Source: Acidimicrobiia bacterium (GTDB lineage: Bacteria > Actinomycetota > Acidimicrobiia > Spongiisociales > UBA5794). From it: 64,000 bases of DNA. Each line of letters begins with the position of its first letter. Position 1 is the stretch's first letter. Location of the stretch: the NCBI GenBank assembly GCA_036985855.1, contig BTQL01000004.1, positions 6,372-70,371 of the forward strand, in the 5' to 3' direction. The translations under genes and the position numbers were made by a program. Below are positions 19,739 through 29,158 of this stretch, piece by piece. Below the pieces are notes generated by a model. It was not told the DNA's origin, did no database searches, and worked only from the letters and a program-made list of their open reading frames with translations.

Positions 19739-20227
19739 ATGGATTCTGAACCCAAAGCAATCGCATCGAAAACGGTCACGCCTGAGGTCGTGACCGAGTC
19801 AACACAGACCGAGGATCGCGAAGATTCGCGGCCACACGTTTCTGAGCCATCGAAACTGATCCGCATTGCTTCCATGACGAGGGCGATGCTCGATGAGGTG
19901 AGAGAGGCTCCTCTCGACGAAGCGGGTAGGCAGCGATTGGTTGCTATCTACGACCAGTCCATCGACGAGCTGCGCGACGTTCTTTCGGACGATCTCGTCG
20001 AGGAGCTCGACGCCGTGTTCATTCCGATCACTGAGTTGCCCTCAGAGGCTGAGCTTCGTATCGCCCAGGCTCAGCTCGTCGGATGGCTCGAAGGCCTCTT
20101 CCACGGGATTCAAGCTTCGTTGATAAGCCAGCAGATGGCTGCGTCATCCCAGCTCGAGCGTATGCGCCAACAAAAGGCGCTTGAGGGCGGCGATGCGGAC
20201 GATCGCGGGAACGGCCTCTATCTCTAG
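19739..20227 (+). CDS. Bacterial proteasome activator (Bpa/PafE)-like protein
   Basis: About 160 aa, acidic N-terminus, helical core 'IRIASMTRAMLDEVREAPLDEAGRQRLVAIYDQSIDEL', C-terminus '...GNGLYL' resembling the Bpa GQYL HbYX-type tail. The start is uncertain (track 19625). Confidence 0.55.
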   Translation: MDSEPKAIASKTVTPEVVTESTQTEDREDSRPHVSEPSKLIRIASMTRAMLDEVREAPLDEAGRQRLVAIYDQSIDELRDVLSDDLVEELDAVFIPITELPSEAELRIAQAQLVGWLEGLFHGIQASLISQQMAASSQLERMRQQKALEGGDADDRGNGLYL

Positions 20228-20353
20228 AGTGCACCGTTCGCAGTGCGGTGTTCATAGTCAGAATCCGTGTGAAGACCGTCCTGCCGTCCCTTGGAGGGCC
20301 GTAGGCGCCATGGGGGTGGACCTCGGTCGATTCCAATCCTCTAGTGTGAAGCC

Positions 20354-21208
20354 ATGACGCTCTACACACTGCATACTCCTCCACCGATGAAGAGTCCCAT
20401 TCTTGTTTTCGGTCTTGCGGGATGGGGAGATGCCGCTTCGGCTGCGAGTGATGCCGCCGATTGGCTCGCGGAAGACGGACAACCGATCGTCACTTTCGAT
20501 CCTGACTCGGTTTTCGATTATCGGTCCAACCGCCCGATCCTCAGATTCAGCGCAGGGGAAGCTCAGTCGCTCGCTTGGCCTCGTATGGAGATCGTACATG
20601 TGCGGCCCTCCGGGAGGGATGTACTTGTCATGGTTGGCAACGAGCCTGATTACGCGTGGGCTCGTATCAGCGACGCGCTGGGGGATCTTGTGCAGCACCT
20701 CGACGTCGCTCATCTCGTGACACTCGGATCTGTTCCGACGCCTGTTCGGCACGGACTGGACACCGCTGTGTTTTGCACGACGTCAGACCCCAGGTTGCTC
20801 TTGCCGGGCGACGAGATGCTCATGGATGAGATCATCGTGCCTGCGGCAGCCGGGACCGTGTTCCGCTCAGCCGTACAGGATGTCGGCGTCGAGGCGATCG
20901 GGTACTGGGCACAGGTTCCGCAGTATGTCGGAAGACCGTATCACCCTGCGGTCCTGGGTTTGTTGGGAAAGGTATCTGCCCAGATCGGTGCAGAGTTCGA
21001 CGTTGCCGAAATGGAGGAGGAGGCACGAGTGCAGATCGATCGTCTTGATGAGATCATCTCGCAGCGGTCGGCGGCTGCTGAGTTCATCGAAGGACTCGAG
21101 GACCGTGTTGGCACGACGTCGAAGGTCCCGGACGATCTACCGACTGCCGACGAGATTGCTGATGAGGTACTCAAGTTCCTTCAGAATCCGGACGCCGAAG
21201 AAAACTGA
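20354..21208 (+). CDS. PAC2-family (proteasome assembly chaperone 2-like) protein
   Basis: The N-terminal 'ILVFGLAGWGDAASAA' and overall layout match actinobacterial PAC2 proteins. The alternative start MKSP at about 20387 is plausible. Confidence 0.7.
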   Translation: MTLYTLHTPPPMKSPILVFGLAGWGDAASAASDAADWLAEDGQPIVTFDPDSVFDYRSNRPILRFSAGEAQSLAWPRMEIVHVRPSGRDVLVMVGNEPDYAWARISDALGDLVQHLDVAHLVTLGSVPTPVRHGLDTAVFCTTSDPRLLLPGDEMLMDEIIVPAAAGTVFRSAVQDVGVEAIGYWAQVPQYVGRPYHPAVLGLLGKVSAQIGAEFDVAEMEEEARVQIDRLDEIISQRSAAAEFIEGLEDRVGTTSKVPDDLPTADEIADEVLKFLQNPDAEEN

Positions 21209-21271
21209 TTCCGTCGGTTCCCAGATCGCTCGGCCAGGCGACCTCGATGGCGTGCGCGAGTGTTCGTAGCT

Positions 21272-21871
21272 CTAGCTTCCCAGGATCCCTACGAAGAGAG
21301 TCATGACGGCGAGAACTGCCGTGACGGCGATCATCGCCCAAACGGACCAGGTCAAGCCTTTGACCGAGCTGATCTGATCGCGCAGAGCAGCGGTTAGGGC
21401 AGCAAGTTCAGCGTCCGAGGCGCTCGCGACAGGTGCGGGTTTCGCCGTAGTACTTTCGACGACAGCCGTGGCGTTTTCGACGGACTTCGTGGGCTTTCCC
21501 TTGTCCTTCTTTGGTTCTTCCGGCATGACGAACGCGTCGATTTCGTCTTGAATCGAATCGTCCAGTGACCCATCGGGGCCGGCCAGAGGCATGAACGAGA
21601 CGGTTTCTCCGTCGGTCGGATGCCCGAGATAGAGGGTGGTTGGTCCGGTGATGACTGTCGTCTGGATCCGCTGGCCGTCAGAGAAGATGCCATTGCGGCT
21701 GCCGGCGTCCTCGACCTTCCAAACGGTTCCATCGAAGGAGGCCACAGCGTGTTTTCGGGATATCCCGGGTCGAACGATTCGTATGGTTGAGGCAGCGTCT
21801 GAGCCGATGAGGGCAGTGGCGTCATCGTCGACGGTCGTTTCGCTTCCTTGGTAGATGATTTTCAGTGGCAC
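21272..21871 (-). CDS. FHA-domain protein with C-terminal transmembrane anchor
   Basis: FHA core 'IVRPGISRKHAVASFDGTVWKVEDAGSRNGIFSDGQRI', then a Pro/Ala-rich linker and a C-terminal TM helix. Confidence 0.75.
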   Translation of the reverse strand: MPLKIIYQGSETTVDDDATALIGSDAASTIRIVRPGISRKHAVASFDGTVWKVEDAGSRNGIFSDGQRIQTTVITGPTTLYLGHPTDGETVSFMPLAGPDGSLDDSIQDEIDAFVMPEEPKKDKGKPTKSVENATAVVESTTAKPAPVASASDAELAALTAALRDQISSVKGLTWSVWAMIAVTAVLAVMTLFVGILGS

Positions 21872-21999
21872 GTCGCCCCCCGGGTGACTTCGATGCAGGT
21901 CACATGAGCGTAGCCCACCTGTGTTTCTGGAACGAACATCTTCGGGACGGGCAGCGGCACTAGCCTGATGACTACAGATTCCGAGGAGGAGGTCCGCCC

Positions 22000-22668
22000 A
22001 TGAAGGTCGGCGATGTCATGAGTACCGAGGTCATCACGATCGATGCAGATGCTCCGCTAAAGGAGGCTGCGACCGCAATGGTGCATTCCGGTGTGAGCGG
22101 ACTTCCCGTCGTCGATGACGACCGCAAGGTCGTCGGAATCATCACTGAGGCTGACTTCGTGACAGCTGAGGCCAATCGGTCCTGGGGCCGTCAGAGGCGT
22201 CGCTTGCTCGCTAATTTTCTTGGTGAGACCACTCCACCGAACGCCAAGACGGTGTCAGACGTGATGACCGCTGATCCGCATACGATCGATAGTGGGTCAT
22301 CTGTCACAGAAGCCGCGCGAGCGATGACGGATCTGCGGGTGAAGAGACTTCCCGTCATCTTTCCTGACGGAATTCTCTGCGGAATCATCTCCCGCGCCGA
22401 TGTCATGGCTATCTTTGCACGGCCTGACGAAGCGCTTGCGGACGAGATCGTCAGCAGTGTCGTGGTGGACGTGCTGCAACTGCTACCAGGGGAAGTGACG
22501 GTAAAGGTCAAGGAGGGTGTCGCTGAGATCTCCGGCCACGTGTCGACGCGGATGGACGGCCGGATGCTCGAGGAACTGGCCTCCCGGGTCGAGGGCATTG
22601 TGGCCGTCGACTCGACGGTGACCTGGACCCACGGAGAACCAGAACCTGGATCTGTTCCCGGAATCTGA
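22000..22668 (+). CDS. CBS-pair protein with C-terminal BON domain
   Basis: Two CBS motifs (VMSTEVITIDADAPL...; VMTADPHTIDSGSSV...) and a BON-like C-terminus (VTVKVKEGVAEISGHVST...VEGIVAVDSTVTW). Confidence 0.75.
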   Translation: MKVGDVMSTEVITIDADAPLKEAATAMVHSGVSGLPVVDDDRKVVGIITEADFVTAEANRSWGRQRRRLLANFLGETTPPNAKTVSDVMTADPHTIDSGSSVTEAARAMTDLRVKRLPVIFPDGILCGIISRADVMAIFARPDEALADEIVSSVVVDVLQLLPGEVTVKVKEGVAEISGHVSTRMDGRMLEELASRVEGIVAVDSTVTWTHGEPEPGSVPGI

Positions 22669-22827
22669 CTTTTCCAGAGTACGGACCAACGAATCACGAC
22701 GAGAACCATCGCCAATTTGGTGCACGTCGCCTGTTCTCGCACAAAACGGGAATTCACACACCGCCGTAGTCGTTATAAGGTTCACGGAGAGAAAAGGGAT
22801 GGCACATTGCTTACGTTGAGCGATCTG

Positions 22828-23088
22828 ATGTGGGAACCAGACGCCGGCTGGAGAAAAGCTGCTGCATGCAGCGGTGTCGAGAGCGACACTTTCTTTCCAG
22901 CGTCTGACGAAGAATCCGCGGCCAAGGCCGCAAAGGCGATCTGCGCCGAATGTCCTGTGCGTGACGCATGTTTGCAGTATGCGTTGGCAACAAACCAAGC
23001 GGCCGGTGTCTGGGGCGGCCTCGATTCAGGAGAACGGCGGCGAATGCGTCGCAGGCTGCGTGACCGCGAACGCCGCAAGGCGTCCTGA
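22828..23088 (+). CDS. WhiB-family Fe-S transcription factor
   Basis: Four Cys (C..C..C......C) and the 'GVWGG' turn typical of WhiB. The track ORF starts at 22717; MWEP at 22828, or TTG at 22816, is more consistent with a WhiB of about 85 aa. Confidence 0.85.
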   Translation: MWEPDAGWRKAAACSGVESDTFFPASDEESAAKAAKAICAECPVRDACLQYALATNQAAGVWGGLDSGERRRMRRRLRDRERRKAS

Positions 23089-23094
23089 CGGGTT

Positions 23095-23961
23095 TCAGGA
23101 AGAAACGCGGTCCTTTGTAGGTCTGGTCTGTTTGTTGTGCGCTCTCAGCTCCTGTGTCAGCGACTTTGTCGCCAACACGATGAAGAACAGGACGATGGGG
23201 ATCAACGCCATCGTCGCTGAGCCAGACGTGCCCAGGTGGTAGCTGATGATGAGCCCACCCAGCACAGAGAGGATGCCGATCGCTCCCGCTGTCAGCATCA
23301 TGGTCGGTACCCTGCGCACGAGAAGTGCTGCGGTTGCCGGAGGGCCGACCATCAGCCCGAACACGAGCAGTGTGCCGACCGTCTGGAATGAGCCCACGAT
23401 CGAAAGCGTGATCAGCACGAGCAGGATGGCGTGGGTCACTCGCGGCTTGAGCCCGAACAATTCGGCTTTCAGGTCGTTGAACGCAAGCACAAGCAACCGT
23501 CGGTATAACAGCGTCGTTCCACCAATGGTTGCCACAGCAACGACAGCGAGAACAGCGATGTCGGAACTGGACACGCCCAGAGCGTTGCCGAAGAGGATCG
23601 CGTTGAGGGTTCCGCTCGCTCCCTCCGTCGTCGAGATCAGGATCACGCCGAGGGCGAGCATTCCTGCGAACAGCAAGCCGATGCCTGTGTCTTCTGAGAA
23701 CTCGGTCTGGCGGTGTACGAAGTTGATGCCCGCAACCATCACAAGAGCGGCGGCAATGGCGCCGATGAGCACATTGAAATCGAACAACACGGCAAGAGCG
23801 ATTCCCGGAATCACACCATGAATCAATGCATCACCAAGGAACGTCATCCCACGGATCACCACCCAGGTACCGACCACAGCAAACACAATCGCCGCGAGCG
23901 ATCCCGCGATCAGTGCCCTTTGCTGAAACGCGAGCGAAAAAGGTTCGAGCAACCAATCCAT
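23095..23961 (-). CDS. ABC-3 family metal (Zn/Mn) transporter permease
   Basis: 288 aa with 8-9 TM helices and the ZnuB/MntB-like 'GDALIHGVIPGIALA' motif. No cognate ATPase or substrate-binding protein gene is adjacent. Confidence 0.8.
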   Translation of the reverse strand: MDWLLEPFSLAFQQRALIAGSLAAIVFAVVGTWVVIRGMTFLGDALIHGVIPGIALAVLFDFNVLIGAIAAALVMVAGINFVHRQTEFSEDTGIGLLFAGMLALGVILISTTEGASGTLNAILFGNALGVSSSDIAVLAVVAVATIGGTTLLYRRLLVLAFNDLKAELFGLKPRVTHAILLVLITLSIVGSFQTVGTLLVFGLMVGPPATAALLVRRVPTMMLTAGAIGILSVLGGLIISYHLGTSGSATMALIPIVLFFIVLATKSLTQELRAHNKQTRPTKDRVSS

Positions 23962-24080
23962 TGAGGGCCACGGTAGCGACTCATGTCGAGCCAGTCGTCG
24001 ATCATCGTGAGCCCTGTGTTCTCAACTGCCGAAACGTACATCGACGGTCCACGCAGCGGCGCTCGTAGCCTGCAGCGGGA

Positions 24081-24590
24081 CTATTTCTCGGTGATCGTCA
24101 CCGAGTTGATCGTAACCGGATCGTGCGGGCGGTCCTGTGCTCCGGCCTGAGCCCCCGCGATTGCGTCCACGACATCGAGGCCTTCGGTCACCTCGCCGAA
24201 GATCGTGTACTGGTTCGGCAGTCCGTAGTCGGCGTGCATGATGAAGAACTGCGAACCGTTGGTGTTCGGACCTGAGTTCGCCATTGCGAGCGTTCCGCGG
24301 TCGTAGGACGTCTTGGAGTGAGCCTCGTCGCGGAATCTGTATCCGGGACCGCCCCGGCCCGTGCCGGTCGGGTCGCCGCCCTGAACCATGAAACCCGGGA
24401 TGACACGGTGGAAGATGACGTCGTCGTAGAAGCCGTCGTTTCCGAGAAACATGAAATTGTTGACGGTCTGAGGTGCATCAGCGGCGTATAACTCCACCGA
24501 GATGTCACCTGCACTCGTGTGAAGCACCGCTTCGTACGACTTGGAGAGATCGATCGTCATCTCCGGTGCTGCTTCGTATTGTTTGCTCAT
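24081..24590 (-). CDS. Cyclophilin-type peptidyl-prolyl cis-trans isomerase
   Basis: 'FHRVIPGFMVQGGDP...GTLAMANSGPNTNGSQFFI' signatures. The track ORF extends to 24824; M at 24590 gives a typical cyclophilin of about 169 aa. Confidence 0.85.
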   Translation of the reverse strand: MSKQYEAAPEMTIDLSKSYEAVLHTSAGDISVELYAADAPQTVNNFMFLGNDGFYDDVIFHRVIPGFMVQGGDPTGTGRGGPGYRFRDEAHSKTSYDRGTLAMANSGPNTNGSQFFIMHADYGLPNQYTIFGEVTEGLDVVDAIAGAQAGAQDRPHDPVTINSVTITEK

Positions 24591-24646
24591 GCTTGCTCCT
24601 GTCCGAGTTCTCGGATTCCGCCAGGAGAGTATCGATCGACTCTCTC

Positions 24647-25882
24647 CTAGAACCCGCGGCGCTTTCGTTTCTTGATCGACTTTGCCTTGAAGGGTGCTTC
24701 TTCGGGTGGCGGCTCCCAGGAGGCGAGATCGGCCAAACGTTCGTCGTTTGAGAACATCTTGACAATAGGAACGTTGAGGTCCGCTCTCCGTTGGATGCCG
24801 AGCACCTCGTTCACCTGGTCCCACTCGACGAGAGTCACGACGAGACCTTCTTCGCCTGCACGGGCAGTCCGCCCGCTGCGGTGGAGGTACGTCTTTGGGT
24901 CGTCTGGTGGGTCGAAGTGAACGACAACGTCGATCCCATCGATGTGAAGTCCGCGTGCAGCAACGTTCGTTGCAACGAGCACTTTCACTTTTCCGTCAGT
25001 GAACCGGCTCAAGGACTGTTCCCGCTTTCGCTGAGGAAGGTCGCCGTGGATCGGTGCAGCGGCGACGTCGAGCTCGCGAAGGTCTCTCGAGAGACGGTCA
25101 GCCCCGGCCTTGGTCCTGGTGAACGCCAGGACGCGATCATTGTGCTTTGAGAGCTCCTTCACGACCTTGGCTTTGTCCATGTAGTGGACCTTGAGGAACC
25201 GATGTTCCATGCTCTCGACCGTCTCAGTGGGCGACTCGACCCTGTGGTCCACGGGATCACTCATGTACCGGTCGATGAGTTCCCGAACCTGGTGGTCGAG
25301 TGTTGCGGAAAAGAGGAAGGTCTGGCGATCATCGGGCAGATGGCTCATGATCGCTCGTACCTGAGGCATGAACCCCATGTCGGCCATCTGATCGGCTTCG
25401 TCGATCGTCACAATGCTGATGTCCTGTGGATCGAACGCCTTGCGTTCAATCAGGTCGATCAGTCGCCCAGGTGTCGCGATGGCAACGGACGCCCCGCGGT
25501 TCAGGGCCTCGGTTTGTGGTCCCATCGGCGCTCCGCCGTATACGGACACGGCAGTGAGCCCGCGCAGTTCGAGGAACGGTGTGAGTGCGCGGGTGACCTG
25601 GACTGCGAGCTCACGTGTCGGGACGAGGACGAGTCCTTGGGGTCGCTTTGGTCTCCCCTTGGTGACGTGCATGATCATCGGCAAGCCGAAGGCGAGGGTT
25701 TTGCCAGAACCGGTCTCCGCTTTGCCAGTGATGTCCTTGCCCGCTATCGCGTCTGACATCGTCATCTTCTGGATCGGAAACGGAGATGTGATGCCTTGTG
25801 TCTTGAGTTCAGAAACGAGGTCTTCGTCGACGCCAAGGTCGGTAAAGGTTGTCGCGTTTTCAGTGGATTGGTCTGTAGTCAT
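24647..25882 (-). CDS. DEAD-box ATP-dependent RNA helicase
   Basis: Q-motif, Walker A (AETGSGKT), PTRELA, DEAD, SAT and HRSGRTARAG motifs. Confidence 0.9.
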   Translation of the reverse strand: MTTDQSTENATTFTDLGVDEDLVSELKTQGITSPFPIQKMTMSDAIAGKDITGKAETGSGKTLAFGLPMIMHVTKGRPKRPQGLVLVPTRELAVQVTRALTPFLELRGLTAVSVYGGAPMGPQTEALNRGASVAIATPGRLIDLIERKAFDPQDISIVTIDEADQMADMGFMPQVRAIMSHLPDDRQTFLFSATLDHQVRELIDRYMSDPVDHRVESPTETVESMEHRFLKVHYMDKAKVVKELSKHNDRVLAFTRTKAGADRLSRDLRELDVAAAPIHGDLPQRKREQSLSRFTDGKVKVLVATNVAARGLHIDGIDVVVHFDPPDDPKTYLHRSGRTARAGEEGLVVTLVEWDQVNEVLGIQRRADLNVPIVKMFSNDERLADLASWEPPPEEAPFKAKSIKKRKRRGF

Positions 25883-25978
25883 TCCCTAGGGCGAGGTAGA
25901 CGAGGTGAGCCCCTGTAGTGAAGGTAGCTGCCCTGGATCGATAGTCCGTGCGTTTGTCGCACGCGATGGACCATACGG

Positions 25979-26761
25979 TCAGCGCCTTCGGGCTGCCCGC
26001 TTGCTCTGGCCCCGCCCGATGGCATAGCTGACAGCAGCGAGAACAATGGCTCCGGAAGCTGCGGTCGTTCTCTTCATCACTTTCTTGCGCGTTCGAGAGA
26101 ACTCGACGATCGGCCACCCGCGACGGAATGCGATCGTTTCGAGCGCGCGATCCGGATTGACGGCAACGGGGTGACCCACGACTTCAAGCATCGGCAGGTC
26201 ACCCGAGGAATCCGTATAGGCATATGAGCGAGACAGGTCGTAGCCCCGACGGTCGGCGACGTTTCTGATCGCTTCCGCTTTGCCCTCGCCGTAGCAGAAC
26301 GGGGCGGCGAGTCTCCCTGTGTACACATCGTCTACGATCTCAGAAACAGTGCCGATTTCGCCGGTCATCTCCATGGCATTGGCGAACTTCTCAACGATCT
26401 CAACCGGCGACGCAGACACGATGTACGTGTCCCTACCCGCATCGGTGTGCAGGTCGACAAGGCCTCGTGCCTCTCTCTTGACGTCGCTGAGTAGCTTCGG
26501 TATGACCTCGTCGGCGAGGTCGGTGAACATCGATACCGGTACATCCTTGATGGCCTCGAGGATCCTGCTCTTGACCGCCTCGGTCTTGTCGTCAGATGCA
26601 CCCGACAGCTTGAACGTCACAGCTGATGCTGCATCCTTGAGCAGCTGGGCTGTTGGCACCATGCCATTGCGGTATGCAACCCAGCCAAACGTGAAAACAG
26701 AGGAACCCCCGATGATCGTCCGGTCGAGGTCAAAAAAGGCTGCGGCGCCCTTTTCGGTCAT
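25979..26761 (-). CDS. HAD-IB family phosphatase (SerB-like) with C-terminal TM segment
   Basis: DxDxT motif (FFDLDRTII), a HAD-IB cap and a C-terminal hydrophobic helix. The start overlaps the acyl-CoA dehydrogenase stop. Confidence 0.7.
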   Translation of the reverse strand: MTEKGAAAFFDLDRTIIGGSSVFTFGWVAYRNGMVPTAQLLKDAASAVTFKLSGASDDKTEAVKSRILEAIKDVPVSMFTDLADEVIPKLLSDVKREARGLVDLHTDAGRDTYIVSASPVEIVEKFANAMEMTGEIGTVSEIVDDVYTGRLAAPFCYGEGKAEAIRNVADRRGYDLSRSYAYTDSSGDLPMLEVVGHPVAVNPDRALETIAFRRGWPIVEFSRTRKKVMKRTTAASGAIVLAAVSYAIGRGQSKRAARRR

Positions 26762-28530
26762 GCCGAAGTGCCGATGTATTCACCGTCGACAGCGAACAAC
26801 AGACCGGGACCGTCTGTGGCGGCTGCAAGCAGGCCGTGCACCTTCGGGAGCAGGTTGACTGCATAGAATCTCGCTGTTGCGACCTTGGCAGCCATCCATG
26901 GATCCGAGTCGGCATCGGGCAGCGCAGCCAAGGCCTGACGGGCGAGGTAATAACCACCTGCGAGTGTTCCCAGCATCTCCTGATACGGTGTCGCGCCGGC
27001 CATCCTCGCTTGGACGTCGGCGGACAAGTTGAGCCACTCGGTTGCCGTCCGCACAGACCGGACGGCATCTGCGAGCTGGGATCGCAGGTCCGAAAGTTCC
27101 TGTCCGGCAACACCTAGTGGCCCATCGAGAGCATCGATCTCATCCAGATACCCCGCTATGACAGACCCGCCACCCATCGGAAGCTTTCGCATGACGAGAT
27201 CGAGCGCCTGGATACCGTTCGTTCCCTCGTATATCGGAGTGATCCGCACATCGCGGTAGAACTGCGCAGCTCCGGATTCCTCGATGAAACCCATGCCGCC
27301 AAACACTTGTACGCCGATGGAAGCGATCTCGACGCCGCGGTCCGTACACCAGGACTTTGCAATCGGCGTGAGCAGCGCGAGACGATCTCCACCTGCGGTG
27401 CGCGCAGTCTCGTCCTGTGCGTTATGGAACCGGTCCTCAGCCGCGGCTGCGTCGTACACGAGACAGCGCATAGCTTCCGTGTATGCCTTCATTGTCATGA
27501 GCATCCGCCGAACATCGGCATGATCGATAATGGGTGAGGACTCCTGAGATCCGAGCGCTCTTCCCTGAATCCGTTCCTTTGCGTACGCGGCGGCGTGTTC
27601 ATACGCGCGCTCGGCAACAGACAGACCCTCAAGTCCGACCTCGAGGCGGGCCTGATTCATCATCGTGAACATGTAGTGCATACCTTGGTTCTCTTCGCCG
27701 ACGAGATAGCCGGTTGCTCCGTCGAAGGACATCACACACGTCGGGCTTGCATGGATACCCAGTTTGCGCTCGATCGACACGATCTCAACGGCATTGCGGC
27801 TTCCCGGGGTTCCGTCGTCGTCGAGGATGAACTTGGGGACGACGAACAGTGAGATGCCCTTCGTGCCTGCAGGCGCGTCCGGCGTGCGGGCGAGGACGAG
27901 GTGGATGATGTTGTCCGTGAGATCGTGATCACCCCATGTGATGAAGATCTTCGTGCCACTGATCGCATAGCTGCCGTTGTCGTTCTGCACGGCCTTGGTC
28001 CGGACCGCACCAACATCCGACCCGGCTGCTGACTCGGTGAGCACCATCGTTCCCGTCCAGTCGCACGAGATCAGCTTTGCGAGGTACTGATCGCGCAGTT
28101 CGTCACTTCCGTGGCGCGTCAGCAAGGTGATCCCACTGCCGGTGAGCATCGGATTGAGCGAGAAGGCGAGATTCGCCGACGTCATCATCTCAGAGACGGC
28201 TAGACCGACGGCCTTGGGAAATCCGTGGCCTCCGTACTCCTGGGATCCTGTAACGGCCGTCCAACCAGCGTCGACGAGCTTGCGCCACACCGGCTTGAAC
28301 TCCTCGGGGGTGACCACATTGCCATCCTCGAGGATGGCGCCCGTCTGATCACCGATCTCATTCGTCGGAGCGAATACCTCGGAGAAGAAACGAGCAGACT
28401 CTTCCAACACACCTTCGATCGTGTCAGGCTCGACATGTTCGAAACCTGGCAACGCAATGATCGATCGGATGTCCGAAATGGTGTCGAGCGTGAAGGTGAT
28501 GTCTCTTATGGGGGGTGTGTAGGTGGCCAT
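26758..28530 (-). CDS. Long-chain-type acyl-CoA dehydrogenase (about 590 aa, with C-terminal extension domain)
   Basis: Acyl-CoA dehydrogenase N-terminal, middle and C-terminal domains plus an extra helical C-terminal domain. The track ORF extends to 28689; the hydrophilic MATYTPP start is at 28530. Confidence 0.85.
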   Translation of the reverse strand: MATYTPPIRDITFTLDTISDIRSIIALPGFEHVEPDTIEGVLEESARFFSEVFAPTNEIGDQTGAILEDGNVVTPEEFKPVWRKLVDAGWTAVTGSQEYGGHGFPKAVGLAVSEMMTSANLAFSLNPMLTGSGITLLTRHGSDELRDQYLAKLISCDWTGTMVLTESAAGSDVGAVRTKAVQNDNGSYAISGTKIFITWGDHDLTDNIIHLVLARTPDAPAGTKGISLFVVPKFILDDDGTPGSRNAVEIVSIERKLGIHASPTCVMSFDGATGYLVGEENQGMHYMFTMMNQARLEVGLEGLSVAERAYEHAAAYAKERIQGRALGSQESSPIIDHADVRRMLMTMKAYTEAMRCLVYDAAAAEDRFHNAQDETARTAGGDRLALLTPIAKSWCTDRGVEIASIGVQVFGGMGFIEESGAAQFYRDVRITPIYEGTNGIQALDLVMRKLPMGGGSVIAGYLDEIDALDGPLGVAGQELSDLRSQLADAVRSVRTATEWLNLSADVQARMAGATPYQEMLGTLAGGYYLARQALAALPDADSDPWMAAKVATARFYAVNLLPKVHGLLAAATDGPGLLFAVDGEYIGTSA

Positions 28531-28660
28531 AACGAAAGCGTAGACCGTAGTCGGTGGATGGTAGCCAGTGGGACCTGCACTCCCGATCTTGCCGCGCAGG
28601 CCTACGGTTGTCTTCCCCCGGAGTACCCTCTCGTGAACCATCCGACTCTGGAGTGATCCA

Positions 28661-29158
28661 ATGCGTGTACGCCACATCACGGTTCTCATGGTCGCTATCG
28701 GGCTGCTTGCGGCCGCGTGTGGAGGCGGTGCCGCGGAGGAATTCGTCGTCCAGGATGGCGATCTGGTCGAGGTCCACTACATCGGAACCCTCGACGATGG
28801 TTCACAGTTCGACTCGTCGCGAGACCGTGGAGTGCCCCTTACCTTCACCGTTGGTGCGGAAGCTGTCATCTCAGGATTCGATGAGGCGGTACGTGGAGGA
28901 AAGGTCGGCGACGTACGAACCGTTCGAATCGAACCCGGGGAGGCGTACGGTGAGTGGAGCGAGGACAACGTCATCGAGGTTCCGTTCAACCCTGAGCAGG
29001 GTGATGTGAAGGTCGGCGACCAGGTCTTTCTCACGAACTCTCAGCGCGCGATCGTGCTCGAGGTGACCGAGCAGACGGTCACGCTCGACGCCAATCACCA
29101 GCTCGCGGGTAAGGCGCTCACTTTCGAGATCGAGATCCTCGCGATCACCCGTGGTTAG
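28661..29158 (+). CDS. FKBP-type peptidyl-prolyl isomerase lipoprotein
   Basis: Lipobox LLAAAC, FKBP core 'VEVHYIGTLDDGSQFDSS...PLTFTVGAEAVISGFDEAV'. Confidence 0.8.
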   Translation: MRVRHITVLMVAIGLLAAACGGGAAEEFVVQDGDLVEVHYIGTLDDGSQFDSSRDRGVPLTFTVGAEAVISGFDEAVRGGKVGDVRTVRIEPGEAYGEWSEDNVIEVPFNPEQGDVKVGDQVFLTNSQRAIVLEVTEQTVTLDANHQLAGKALTFEIEILAITRG

